A DNA stretch of 64,000 bases from positions 72,643 to 136,642 of the forward strand of contig JAFYPF010000001.1 in assembly GCA_017547655.1 (NCBI GenBank), written 5' to 3'. Position numbers and translations under genes: made by a program. Every line of letters begins with the position of its first letter. Position 1 is the first letter of the stretch. Shown one piece after another: positions 1-8,868 of the stretch. The notes under the pieces were generated by a model. The model had not been told where the DNA came from and did not search any database. It saw nothing but the letters and a program-made list of their open reading frames with translations. Origin of the DNA: Clostridia bacterium. GTDB lineage: Bacteria > Bacillota > Clostridia > Oscillospirales > CAG-272.

Positions 1-344
1 TCGTATCCGAAAGAACCGGAATTTCAGTTGCTGAAATTTACGGTGTAGTTACATTCTATTCTTTCTTCTCGCTCCAGCCGAAAGGAAAGTATGTTGTTGG
101 CGTTTGTCTCGGTACAGCTTGCTATGTAAAAGGCGCACAGCAGATTATTGACAAATTCTCCGAGCTTTTGGGAATAGCTCCCGGCGGAACTACCGAAGAT
201 GGTATGTTTACACTTGACGCTCTTCGTTGTATCGGTGCATGCGGTATTGCTCCCGCTGTAACTATCAACGGAAAGGTATATCCTAAGCTCAAGGTATCCG
301 ATGTTCCCGGAATTGTTGAAGAATATCGCAAGATGGAGGCATAA
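1..344 (+). CDS. hydC: [FeFe] hydrogenase NuoE-like [2Fe-2S] subunit (HydC/HndA), 3' part; 5' end lies outside the window
   Basis: The frame ends at TAA 342-344. The translation contains VCLGTACYVKG and RCIGACGIAP, the C-x4-C / C-x3-C motifs of the thioredoxin-like [2Fe-2S] NuoE family. It sits directly upstream of the NuoF-like gene. Confidence 0.85.
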   Translation, partial: VSERTGISVAEIYGVVTFYSFFSLQPKGKYVVGVCLGTACYVKGAQQIIDKFSELLGIAPGGTTEDGMFTLDALRCIGACGIAPAVTINGKVYPKLKVSDVPGIVEEYRKMEA

Positions 345-349
345 GGATT

Positions 350-2221
350 ATGGAAAAGATTAAGAATTTTGAAGAACTTTCCGCTAAATGCGCTGTATGT
401 GCAGATGCATACGGCAAGAAAATTGAGGGCGGAAGTGGCAAGAGAGCTATAGTTCTTTGCGGTGGTACAGGTTGTATTTCCTCAAACTCTCTTGAAATAA
501 AGGCTAAATTTGAAAAGCTCGTAGAAGAAAAAGGGCTTTCCGATAAGGTTACTGTTAACCAGGTTGGTTGTTTCGGTTTCTGTTCTCAGGGACCTTTTGT
601 TAAGATTTATCCTGAAGACACTCTTTACAGACTCGTTACTATCGATGATGTTGAAGAGATTGTTGAAAAAGACATTATAGGCGGCGAAATTATAGATAGA
701 TTGCTCTATGTTGATCCCAAGACGCAGGAAAAGATTGTAAAGCAGGACGATATCGAATTCTACAAGAAGCAAGTTCGTATATCTCTCCACGGTTGTGGTA
801 CTATTGATCCGGAAAACATTGAAGAAGCTCTTGGTTCAGGTGCGTTTATCGGTCTTGCCAACGCTCTTAAGATGGATAGAAAGGCAGTTATTGATTCTGT
901 TCTTGCATCCGGTCTTCGCGGACGTGGCGGCGGCGGCTTCCCCACCGGTATGAAGTGGAACTTTGCTTACGGTCAGCCCGATGGCGAAAAGTACGTTGTA
1001 TGTAATGGTGACGAGGGTGACCCCGGCGCATTTATGGACAGATCTATTCTTGAAGGTAACCCCCTTGCGGTTATTGAAGGTATGGCTATTGCAGGTTATG
1101 CTATCGGCGCTCAAAATGGTTACTTCTATGTTCGTGCAGAGTATCCCATTGCTGTAAACAGACTTAAAATTGCTATTAAGCAGGCTGAAGAATTGGGACT
1201 TCTCGGTGACAATATTCTCGGCACAAACTTCAGCTTCCGTGTACATATCAGACTTGGTGCGGGTGCATTCGTTTGTGGTGAAGAGACTGCTCTTCTTAAC
1301 TCTATTGAAGGTCAGAGAGGTATGCCCAGACCTCGTCCTCCGTTCCCTGCAGTTAAGGGACTTTGGGGTTGTCCTACGATTGTTAACAACGTTGAATCGC
1401 TTGCTTGCGTACCTTACATACTCCGTGAGGGCGCTGAAAAGTTTGCTCAATACGGAACTGAAAAATCCAAGGGAACAAAAGTATTTGCTCTCGGAGGAAA
1501 GATTAACAATGTTGGTCTCGTTGAGATTCCTATGGGTACAACGCTCCGCGAACTTATTTATGATATCGGCGGCGGTATTCCCGACGGTAAGAAGTTTAAG
1601 GCTATTCAGACAGGTGGTCCTTCGGGCGGTTGCTTGACAGAAAAAGACCTTGACTCCGCTATTGACTTTGATACACTTGTTGCCAAGGGCTCAATGATGG
1701 GTTCGGGCGGTGCTATCGTTATGGACGAAGACAACTGTATGGTTGACGTTGCAAAATTCTATATGGAATTTATTTGCGACGAGTCTTGCGGTAAGTGTTC
1801 ACCTTGCCGTATCGGTACAAAGCGTTTGCTTGAACTTCTTAACAAGATTACCGACGGTAAGGCAACAATGAAGGATCTCGAAGAACTTGAAGAACTCAGT
1901 GAAACTATTAAGACAGGCTCTCTCTGCGCACTTGGTCAGACAGCAGCTAACCCCGTTCTTTCGACACTTCGTTCATTCAGAGAAGAATATGTTGCTCACG
2001 TTGTTGATAAGAAGTGTCCTGCAAAAGTATGTAAGAATCTTATGCAGTACGTTATTGAGGCTGATAAGTGTAAGAAGTGCTCACTCTGTGCTCGTCAGTG
2101 TCCTGTTAACGCTATTACAGGCGTTGTAGGTAAAGAACCCTACGTTATTGAACAGGATAAGTGTATTAAGTGCGGAATGTGCGTATCTTCTTGTAAGTTT
2201 AAGGCTATCATTAAGGAATAA
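350..2221 (+). CDS. hydB: [FeFe] hydrogenase NuoF-like flavoprotein subunit (HydB/HndC), NAD(P)H/FMN-binding with Fe-S domains
   Basis: 623 aa. It has an N-terminal thioredoxin-like 2Fe-2S region (CGGTGC...GCFGFCSQGP) and GRGGGGFPTG plus CNGDEGDPGAF, the NuoF FMN/NADH motifs. It also carries ESCGKCSPCR (N3-type 4Fe-4S) and two C-terminal CxxCxxCxxxCP ferredoxin motifs. Confidence 0.93.
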   Translation: MEKIKNFEELSAKCAVCADAYGKKIEGGSGKRAIVLCGGTGCISSNSLEIKAKFEKLVEEKGLSDKVTVNQVGCFGFCSQGPFVKIYPEDTLYRLVTIDDVEEIVEKDIIGGEIIDRLLYVDPKTQEKIVKQDDIEFYKKQVRISLHGCGTIDPENIEEALGSGAFIGLANALKMDRKAVIDSVLASGLRGRGGGGFPTGMKWNFAYGQPDGEKYVVCNGDEGDPGAFMDRSILEGNPLAVIEGMAIAGYAIGAQNGYFYVRAEYPIAVNRLKIAIKQAEELGLLGDNILGTNFSFRVHIRLGAGAFVCGEETALLNSIEGQRGMPRPRPPFPAVKGLWGCPTIVNNVESLACVPYILREGAEKFAQYGTEKSKGTKVFALGGKINNVGLVEIPMGTTLRELIYDIGGGIPDGKKFKAIQTGGPSGGCLTEKDLDSAIDFDTLVAKGSMMGSGGAIVMDEDNCMVDVAKFYMEFICDESCGKCSPCRIGTKRLLELLNKITDGKATMKDLEELEELSETIKTGSLCALGQTAANPVLSTLRSFREEYVAHVVDKKCPAKVCKNLMQYVIEADKCKKCSLCARQCPVNAITGVVGKEPYVIEQDKCIKCGMCVSSCKFKAIIKE

Positions 2222-2238
2222 TAAGGGGGAAATGAAAG

Positions 2239-4041
2239 ATGGCATTGATTAACATTATTATTGAAGGCGTTTCCTACCAGGTTGAGGAAGGAACGACTGT
2301 GCTCGAAGCTGCAAAGGCTTGTGGCTACGATATCCCCACTCTCTGTGCTTACAACCATGGTGAATGCTCAAAGGGCTCTTGCCGTGTATGTCTTGTAGAA
2401 GTTCAGGAAGGAAGAAAAAATGATCAGGGCGAAGTTATGTACGGTCCCCAGAGACTTGTTGCATCATGTGTATACCCTATTACTCCCGATATGAAGATTA
2501 TTATTTCTTCTCCCAAGGCTGTAAATGCCAGAAGAGCATCTGTAGAACTTTTGCTCTCCAATCACTCTATGAAGTGTCAGCAGTGCGATAAGAACGAATA
2601 CTGCGAACTTCTTTATGCGGCTAAAGTTACAGGCGCAAGAGAAGATATGTTCAAAGGTTCTATGACACCTATTACAATTGACCGACTTACTCCTTCTATT
2701 GTAAGAGATACATCAAAGTGCGTTCTCTGCGGACGTTGCGTTGAAAGATGTAAGAATGCTCACGGTAAGGGCGTTCTCGGCTTTGAGAAGAGAGGTTTCA
2801 ACACTATTGTTGCTCCTGCTGAAAACCGTTCTTTTGCTAACTCACCTTGTATTCTTTGCGGTCAGTGCGTAAGCGTATGTCCTACGGGCGCATTGGTAGA
2901 AAAGAGTGAAATAGCTTTGGTTGACAAGGCTATGGCTGAAGGTAAGTATGTTGTTGTTCAGACTGCTCCCGCAGTTAGAGCTGCTCTTGGTGAAGAGTTT
3001 GGTATGAAGGTTGGTACCGCTTGCACAGGCAAGATGGTTGCAGCCCTCAAGAGACTTGGATTTAAGAAAGTATTTGATACAAACTATGCTGCTGACCTTA
3101 CAATTATGGAAGAAGCTACAGAGCTCCTCGGCAGAATTAAGAACGGCGGTAAGCTTCCTATGATTACCTCTTGTTCTCCCGGTTGGATTAACTATGCAGA
3201 AATTAACTACGGAGATCTTCTCGGTCACCTTTCTTCTTGCAAGTCTCCTCATGAAATGTTCGGCGCAATTCTTAAGACATACTATGCAGAAGCAAACGGC
3301 ATTGATCCTAAAGATATGTTTGTTGTTTCCATTATGCCTTGTACAGCTAAGAAGGGCGAAAAGGATAGAGAACAGCTTGTTACTAACGGACTTAAGGATG
3401 TAGATGCTGTTCTTACGACAAGAGAGCTTGCAAAGCTTATCAAGCGTTCGGGTATTAACTTTACCAAGCTTCCCGATGAAGAGTTTGATAATGACGTTGT
3501 AGGTGATTACACAGGTGCAGGCGTTATTTTCGGTGTTACAGGTGGTGTTATGGAGGCTGCTCTCAGAACAGCTTACTATGTACTTACAGGTAAAGAACAC
3601 GAGGCTGTTAAGTTTGAAGCTGTTCGTGGATTTGACGGCATAAAAGAGGCATCTCTTGAACTCAATGGAACGACTATTTGGGTTGCTGTTGCTCATGGTA
3701 TGAAGAATGCAAAGGTTCTTCTTGATGAGATAAAGGCAGGTAACAGCAAGTACGCATTCATTGAAATTATGGGTTGTCCCGGTGGTTGTATTGCAGGTGG
3801 CGGTCAGCCTTATATTAAGCCTCAGTTCCTTCCTAACGAAGATGCTGATATTGTTGATACGTTTAAGGCTAAACGTGCTGCTGCTCTTTATTCCGAGGAT
3901 GAAAAACAGACTCTCAGACAGAGCCACAACAATCCTCAGATTAAGGCGCTTTACGAAAAGTTCCTTGGCGAACCCAATTCTCACAAGGCTCACGAATTGC
4001 TCCATACTTCTTATGCTGCAAGAGAAGCTTTTAAAGAGTGA
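2239..4041 (+). CDS. hydA: [FeFe] hydrogenase catalytic subunit (HydA/HndD type)
   Basis: 600 aa. N-terminal 2Fe-2S and 4Fe-4S ferredoxin modules are present. H-cluster motifs L2 MPCTAKKGE and L3 EIMGCPGGCIAGGGQP are canonical. L1 reads TSCSPGW instead of TSCCPxW (see findings). Confidence 0.93.
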   Translation: MALINIIIEGVSYQVEEGTTVLEAAKACGYDIPTLCAYNHGECSKGSCRVCLVEVQEGRKNDQGEVMYGPQRLVASCVYPITPDMKIIISSPKAVNARRASVELLLSNHSMKCQQCDKNEYCELLYAAKVTGAREDMFKGSMTPITIDRLTPSIVRDTSKCVLCGRCVERCKNAHGKGVLGFEKRGFNTIVAPAENRSFANSPCILCGQCVSVCPTGALVEKSEIALVDKAMAEGKYVVVQTAPAVRAALGEEFGMKVGTACTGKMVAALKRLGFKKVFDTNYAADLTIMEEATELLGRIKNGGKLPMITSCSPGWINYAEINYGDLLGHLSSCKSPHEMFGAILKTYYAEANGIDPKDMFVVSIMPCTAKKGEKDREQLVTNGLKDVDAVLTTRELAKLIKRSGINFTKLPDEEFDNDVVGDYTGAGVIFGVTGGVMEAALRTAYYVLTGKEHEAVKFEAVRGFDGIKEASLELNGTTIWVAVAHGMKNAKVLLDEIKAGNSKYAFIEIMGCPGGCIAGGGQPYIKPQFLPNEDADIVDTFKAKRAAALYSEDEKQTLRQSHNNPQIKALYEKFLGEPNSHKAHELLHTSYAAREAFKE

Positions 4042-4065
4042 GAATAGTTTAGTATAGTATAAAAA

Positions 4066-4104
4066 CGAGCGAGCCCAAAGAGATTTGAGGCTCGCTTGGT
4101 TTTG
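4066..4104 (+). terminator. Rho-independent terminator after hydA
   Basis: 8-bp GC-rich stem agcgagcc (4068-4075) / ggctcgct (4089-4096), followed by tggtttt. Confidence 0.7.
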
Positions 4105-4136
4105 TAATCAATTTGTTACAAAAAGGAGAATAATAT

Positions 4137-4613
4137 ATGAAGAATGCTGTAATTGAAATGGAAAATGGTGGTAAGATGACGTTGGAACTTTATTCCGAAA
4201 AGGCGCCTATTACCGTTGAGAATTTTGAAAAATTGGCAAATGAAGGCTTTTATAACGGTCTTATATTCCACAGAGTTATTCGAGGGTTTATGATTCAGGG
4301 CGGCGATCCCGAGGGAACGGGAATGGGCGGTCCGGGCTATAGCATTAAGGGCGAATTTGCGGCTAATGGCGTAAAAAATGACCTTAAACATACTCGCGGA
4401 GTTATATCTATGGCAAGATCTATGAACCCTAATTCTGCGGGTTCACAGTTCTTTATTATGCACGAGGATGCGCCTCATCTTGACGGACAGTATGCTGCTT
4501 TCGGAAAGATGACTGATGGTTTTGAGACTCTTGATGAGATTGCTACAACCAAGACCGGTTATGGCGACAGACCTATGTTTGATATGGTAATAAAGAGCAT
4601 TAAGGTGATGTAG
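4137..4613 (+). CDS. ppiB: Peptidyl-prolyl cis-trans isomerase, cyclophilin type
   Basis: 158 aa. It has the FHRVIRGFMIQGGDP cyclophilin signature and SQFFI. The RBS aaaggag lies upstream. Confidence 0.93.
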   Translation: MKNAVIEMENGGKMTLELYSEKAPITVENFEKLANEGFYNGLIFHRVIRGFMIQGGDPEGTGMGGPGYSIKGEFAANGVKNDLKHTRGVISMARSMNPNSAGSQFFIMHEDAPHLDGQYAAFGKMTDGFETLDEIATTKTGYGDRPMFDMVIKSIKVM

Positions 4614-4817
4614 TAAATACTACAGAAACTGAAATGAAGGCGACAAAAAGGAGTCCGATGGGCTTCTTTTTTTGTTTAATTTTGGGGTAATAGATAAAAA
4701 ATAGGTGCTTTTGATAGAATTTACAAAAAATTAAAATTTTGTTGAAATATGACAAAATACAAAAAAGTTTATATTGCGCTTTGTGTGTAAAATGTTGATG
4801 TAACTGCTTCTTTCCTC

Positions 4818-4846
4818 TTGACATTGATAATTTGTTGTGCTATAAT
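4818..4846 (+). promoter_or_regulatory. Sigma-A type promoter of the polysaccharide locus
   Basis: TTGACA (4818-4823), a 17-nt spacer, then TATAAT (4841-4846) with a TGn extended -10. It lies about 95 nt upstream of the first locus gene. Confidence 0.6.
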
Positions 4847-4939
4847 TGAAGTTAATATAATAATATAAATAATATACTGCATAAATATAGTCATTGATTT
4901 GTATATGCCGTTTGAATAGAGTAAAAGAGGGATTAAGAT

Positions 4940-5599
4940 ATGTACGAGAAGTTCTTGAAGAGATTGATTGATTTTTTATTGTCGTTTGTAGGGATAGTTG
5001 TTTTGTGTTTGCCGATTTTAGTGATAGTTGTTGCTATTAAACTTGACTCGAAGGGGCCGGTTTTCTTTAAGCAAAAGAGAGTTGGGATACATAAGACGCA
5101 TTTCAATATTTTGAAATTCAGAACTATGAGAATAGATACTCCGCATGATATGCCTACTCATATGTTGTCAAATCCGGATATGTGGATAACAAGAGTGGGT
5201 AAGTTTTTAAGAAAGACAAGTCTTGACGAGTTGCCTCAGTTGTTTAATATTTTTGTTGGGGATATGTCTATAATCGGACCCCGTCCGGCACTTTGGAATC
5301 AATATGACCTCATTGCAGAGAGGGATAAATACGGAGCTAATGATGTGAAACCCGGACTTACGGGCTGGGCGCAGATAAACGGAAGAGATGAGCTTGAAAT
5401 TGATGTGAAAGCAAAACTTGACGGCGAATACGTAGAAAAAATGAGCATAGGATTTGATGCGAAGTGTTTCTTTGGAACAATAACTTCTGTTCTTAAATCA
5501 GACGGCGTTGTAGAAGGCGGCACAGGTGAAATGAAGAGGGCTGCAAATCAAGAGAGTGATTCCGAAGAAACTAAGAAAGAGGAAACAGTAACGAAATGA
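4940..5599 (+). CDS. Small monotopic undecaprenyl-phosphate sugar-phosphate transferase (initiating 'bacterial sugar transferase', PglC/CapM-like)
   Basis: 219 aa. One N-terminal hydrophobic helix, then KQKRVG, LKFRTM, DELPQLFN, GPRP and GLTGWAQ, which are typical of the PGT family. Confidence 0.88.
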   Translation: MYEKFLKRLIDFLLSFVGIVVLCLPILVIVVAIKLDSKGPVFFKQKRVGIHKTHFNILKFRTMRIDTPHDMPTHMLSNPDMWITRVGKFLRKTSLDELPQLFNIFVGDMSIIGPRPALWNQYDLIAERDKYGANDVKPGLTGWAQINGRDELEIDVKAKLDGEYVEKMSIGFDAKCFFGTITSVLKSDGVVEGGTGEMKRAANQESDSEETKKEETVTK

Positions 5600-6477
5600 A
5601 GAAGATCCTTATTACTGGTGCAAATAGCTATGTCGGGATGTCATTTGAAAAATATATCAAAGAAAATTTCCCGAATGACTATGCCGTCGATACCGTTGAT
5701 ATGATCGACGGTTCTTGGCGAAAAAAGAGTTTTGCTGGATATGATTCTGTGTTTCATGTTGCAGGAATAGCACACTCCGACAATGGTGAAATCAGTGCCG
5801 AAAAAGAAAAACTATATTATGCGGTCAACACCGATCTTACTATTGAAACTGCAATGAAAGCTAAGGCTGACGGCGTTAATCAGTTTGTTTTCATGAGTTC
5901 TGCAATTGTGTACGGCGATAGTGCACCGATTGGAAAGAGTAAGGCAATCACACGAGATACTTCGGTTTCTCCGGCTAATTGTTATGGCGATAGCAAGGTT
6001 CGGGCGGAGAACGGGATCAGACTCCTGAATGATGATAATTTCAAAGTGGTTATTCTCCGTCCACCGATGATTTATGGTAAAGGTAGTAAAGGTAACTACC
6101 CGTTGCTTGCTAAAATCGCACTTAAAATGCCCCTTTTCCCTTATGTAAAAAACGAGCGTTCAATGCTTTATATTGAAAACTTGTGCGAGTTTGTTCGTCT
6201 TATGGCAGAAAACGAAGAGGACGGGATATTCTGGCCTCAAAATGACAGATACAGTAATACGTCCGAACTTGTAAGAATGATTGCCGGGGTTTGCGGAAGA
6301 AAAGTGTTAATTATCAAGGGGTTTGGATGGGCTTTAAAGCTTTTGAGTAGGGTTACGGGACTGGTGAATAAAGCTTTTGGAAATTTGAGTTATGATATGA
6401 GTATGAGTGAGTACAAAGAGAATTACCGCGTGTGCGGATTGGAAGAATCTGTTGAAAGGACAGAGAAGAGTATATGA
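5596..6477 (+). CDS. NAD-dependent epimerase/dehydratase family SDR (UDP-sugar 4-reductase/epimerase-like, CapN/WbpV-like)
   Basis: 293 aa. It has ITGANSYVG (Rossmann) and YGDSK (YxxxK). The start overlaps the upstream stop (ATGA). Confidence 0.75.
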   Translation: MKKILITGANSYVGMSFEKYIKENFPNDYAVDTVDMIDGSWRKKSFAGYDSVFHVAGIAHSDNGEISAEKEKLYYAVNTDLTIETAMKAKADGVNQFVFMSSAIVYGDSAPIGKSKAITRDTSVSPANCYGDSKVRAENGIRLLNDDNFKVVILRPPMIYGKGSKGNYPLLAKIALKMPLFPYVKNERSMLYIENLCEFVRLMAENEEDGIFWPQNDRYSNTSELVRMIAGVCGRKVLIIKGFGWALKLLSRVTGLVNKAFGNLSYDMSMSEYKENYRVCGLEESVERTEKSI

Positions 6478-7661
6478 AAATACTTATAGTAACCCAGTAC
6501 TTTTACCCTGAAACTTTCAGAGTAAATACTTTGTGCGAAGAACTTGTAAAGCGTGGGAACGAAGTAACGGTATTGACGGGATATCCTCAATATCCGAGAG
6601 GAGAAATATACGATGGCTATGGATTCAAAGTTCCCTATGAAAAAGAATGGAAGGGCGCAAAGATAGAAAGAATAAAGGTTTTACCGAGAGGTAAAACTCC
6701 GTTGGGATTGTTGCTTAATTGTTACACTTTTGTTGCAGAAGGTAAAAAGTGGGTAAAAAAGTGTAAAGAAAAGTTTGATGCAATATACGTATTCGAGGTT
6801 TCTCCGGTAACGGTGGGTCTGCCCGCCGTGGCATATAAAGAAAAATTTGGAACTCCTATATTTTTTAACGTTCAAGACCTTTGGCCCGAAAATGTAGAAA
6901 TCGTACTCGGTATACGTAACAAACTTATTATAGGTGTTATCAACAGGATAGTAGACAAGATATATTCAGCCAGTGATAAGATACTTTGTTCATCAAAGTC
7001 TTTTGTGAAGAATATTGCAGAACGTGGAGTAAGCGAAGAAAAGCTGGTTTTTTGGCCTCAGTTTTGTTCGGAGTCCGGTGTTGAAAGTAAAGAAAAGCCG
7101 GAGTGTTACACTGATGAATATTTTAATATTGTTTTTGCGGGAAATATAGGTGAGGCTCAGGGACTTGATCTTTTGGTGGATACCGCAGAAAAGGTAAAAG
7201 AAACAAAAGTGAGATGGTATCTCGCGGGAGATGGTAGGGCAAAGGACAGACTTGAAAAGCGTGTGAAAGACAAAGGCCTTGATAACAGAGTGTTTTTTGT
7301 AGGTAAACTGTCCGAGCAAGAGGCTGACAGATATATTCATTTTGCTGATTGTGCGTATTTGTCATTCAAGAAAAATAAGTTGTTTGATATGACTCTTCCG
7401 GCAAAACTACAATCGTATATGGCTTGCGGAACGCCTATAATTGCGGCAGCCGGCGGTGAGAGTGCAAGAGTTATTGAAGAGGCTGAATGCGGTTTTGTGT
7501 GCGAACAGGACGCTGATGCTTTGGCGAAGATGATTGAAGAAAAAGTGCTGAAATCAAACTGTTTGGCAACTATGGGCGAAAATGCAAGAAAATATTATGA
7601 AACGAATTTTTCAATGGATAAGGTTATAGATAAATTAGAAAATTTAATGAACGGTGATTGA
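6474..7661 (+). CDS. Glycosyltransferase family 4, WbuB/CapL-like (L-fucosamine transferase type)
   Basis: 395 aa. The N-terminus MKILIVTQYFYPETFRVN...GYPQYP resembles WbuB-type GT4 enzymes, which normally accompany fnlABC. Confidence 0.75.
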   Translation: MKILIVTQYFYPETFRVNTLCEELVKRGNEVTVLTGYPQYPRGEIYDGYGFKVPYEKEWKGAKIERIKVLPRGKTPLGLLLNCYTFVAEGKKWVKKCKEKFDAIYVFEVSPVTVGLPAVAYKEKFGTPIFFNVQDLWPENVEIVLGIRNKLIIGVINRIVDKIYSASDKILCSSKSFVKNIAERGVSEEKLVFWPQFCSESGVESKEKPECYTDEYFNIVFAGNIGEAQGLDLLVDTAEKVKETKVRWYLAGDGRAKDRLEKRVKDKGLDNRVFFVGKLSEQEADRYIHFADCAYLSFKKNKLFDMTLPAKLQSYMACGTPIIAAAGGESARVIEEAECGFVCEQDADALAKMIEEKVLKSNCLATMGENARKYYETNFSMDKVIDKLENLMNGD

Positions 7662-7677
7662 CTTAAAGGAGCATAAT

Positions 7678-8820
7678 ATGGAAAGAGAATATAAAATATG
7701 CCAAAAATGCGTTATGGATTCGAGCGACAAAACATTGACGTTTGATGATAAAGGAGTTTGCCCCCGTTGTAACGAATATGAAACACGCATTGTAAAATGG
7801 TGGAATCACGGAGAGGGGCACGAAGAAGAACTGAATAAACTTTTGGATGAAGTAAAAGCATCGGGAAAGGGAAAGAAATACGATTGTATTTTAGGACTCA
7901 GCGGCGGATTGGATAGTAGTTATCTTCTTCACTTGGCAGTTGCAAAATGGGGACTTAGACCATTTGTGTTCCATGTAGATGCAGGTTGGAATTTGCCTGT
8001 AGCCGAACAGAATATTCGCAGAATATGCGATAAGCTGGGCATTGAACTCCATATCGAGAAAATAGATTTTGAAGAGATGCGCCAGATGCAATTAGCGTTT
8101 TTTAAGACCGGACATGCGGGGCTTGATGCACCTCAAGACCATGCATTTATTGCTCAGGTAGATAAATTTTCAGAAAAACTTGGGGTTAAGTACATACTTA
8201 ACGGTTACAATATTTGTACTGAGATAGTCGCAAATCCTGCTTCTTGGAACGAAGGGGCCGGGCCTACTGCGGACAAAACATATCTTAAAGATGTTATGAA
8301 AAAACACGGCGGTTTCAAAACAAAGAATTATGTATACACAACCGGATTTAGACATAAATTTTGGCTTCCGTATGTAAAGGGCGTGAAAACTGTACACCTT
8401 TTGAATTACGTGCCTTTTACAAAAAAGGAAATGATAGAAACGTTGGTTAATGAGTATGGTTATGAACCGTACAAACAAAAACATTTTGAGGACTTGTTAA
8501 CAAAGTTTATCGAAGGTTGGTGGTTGCCCACTAGATTTGGTTATGATATCAGAAAAGCACAACTGTCGAGTTTGGTGGTTACAGGGCAAATGACTCGAGA
8601 AGAGGCGTTGGATATTTTGAAGGAGCCTCCGCTTACCGAAGAAGAATCAAAAGAGTTGTTCTCTCAAGTTGCAAAAAAACTGCAGATTAGCGAAGAAGAG
8701 CTTATGAGTTACCATAGAATGCCTAAAAAATATATAAAATATCGTAATAAGAGTTGGGTATTTAAATTGGGGATAAAATTGTATACTATGTTGGGGCTAG
8801 ATAAGCGAATCAGACGATAA
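7678..8820 (+). CDS. N-acetyl sugar amidotransferase (PP-loop ATP pyrophosphatase; WbpG/WbuX/PseA type, makes acetamidino sugars)
   Basis: It has an N-terminal CxxC...CxxC zinc ribbon and the SGGLDSS PP-loop. ATG 7678 is preferred over the in-frame GTG 7654 because of the RBS aaaggag 8 nt upstream. Confidence 0.8.
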   Translation: MEREYKICQKCVMDSSDKTLTFDDKGVCPRCNEYETRIVKWWNHGEGHEEELNKLLDEVKASGKGKKYDCILGLSGGLDSSYLLHLAVAKWGLRPFVFHVDAGWNLPVAEQNIRRICDKLGIELHIEKIDFEEMRQMQLAFFKTGHAGLDAPQDHAFIAQVDKFSEKLGVKYILNGYNICTEIVANPASWNEGAGPTADKTYLKDVMKKHGGFKTKNYVYTTGFRHKFWLPYVKGVKTVHLLNYVPFTKKEMIETLVNEYGYEPYKQKHFEDLLTKFIEGWWLPTRFGYDIRKAQLSSLVVTGQMTREEALDILKEPPLTEEESKELFSQVAKKLQISEEELMSYHRMPKKYIKYRNKSWVFKLGIKLYTMLGLDKRIRR

Positions 8821-8868
8821 AATTGTTGATAACATATAGTTTGGAAGGATATAAACGGAGGGTGTGCA

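Noticed and set aside
2842-4005. Long antisense shadow ORFs. Examples: 2842-4005(-), 836-1450(-), 25710-26429(+), 38741-39397(+), 41653-42687(-), 42810-43415(-), 45534-46136(-), 48098-48859(+), 60134-60838(-), 62881-63699(+).
   Set aside because: Each lies fully inside a strongly supported gene on the opposite strand. Their translations are low-complexity or basic, with no recognisable motifs, which is typical of shadow frames.
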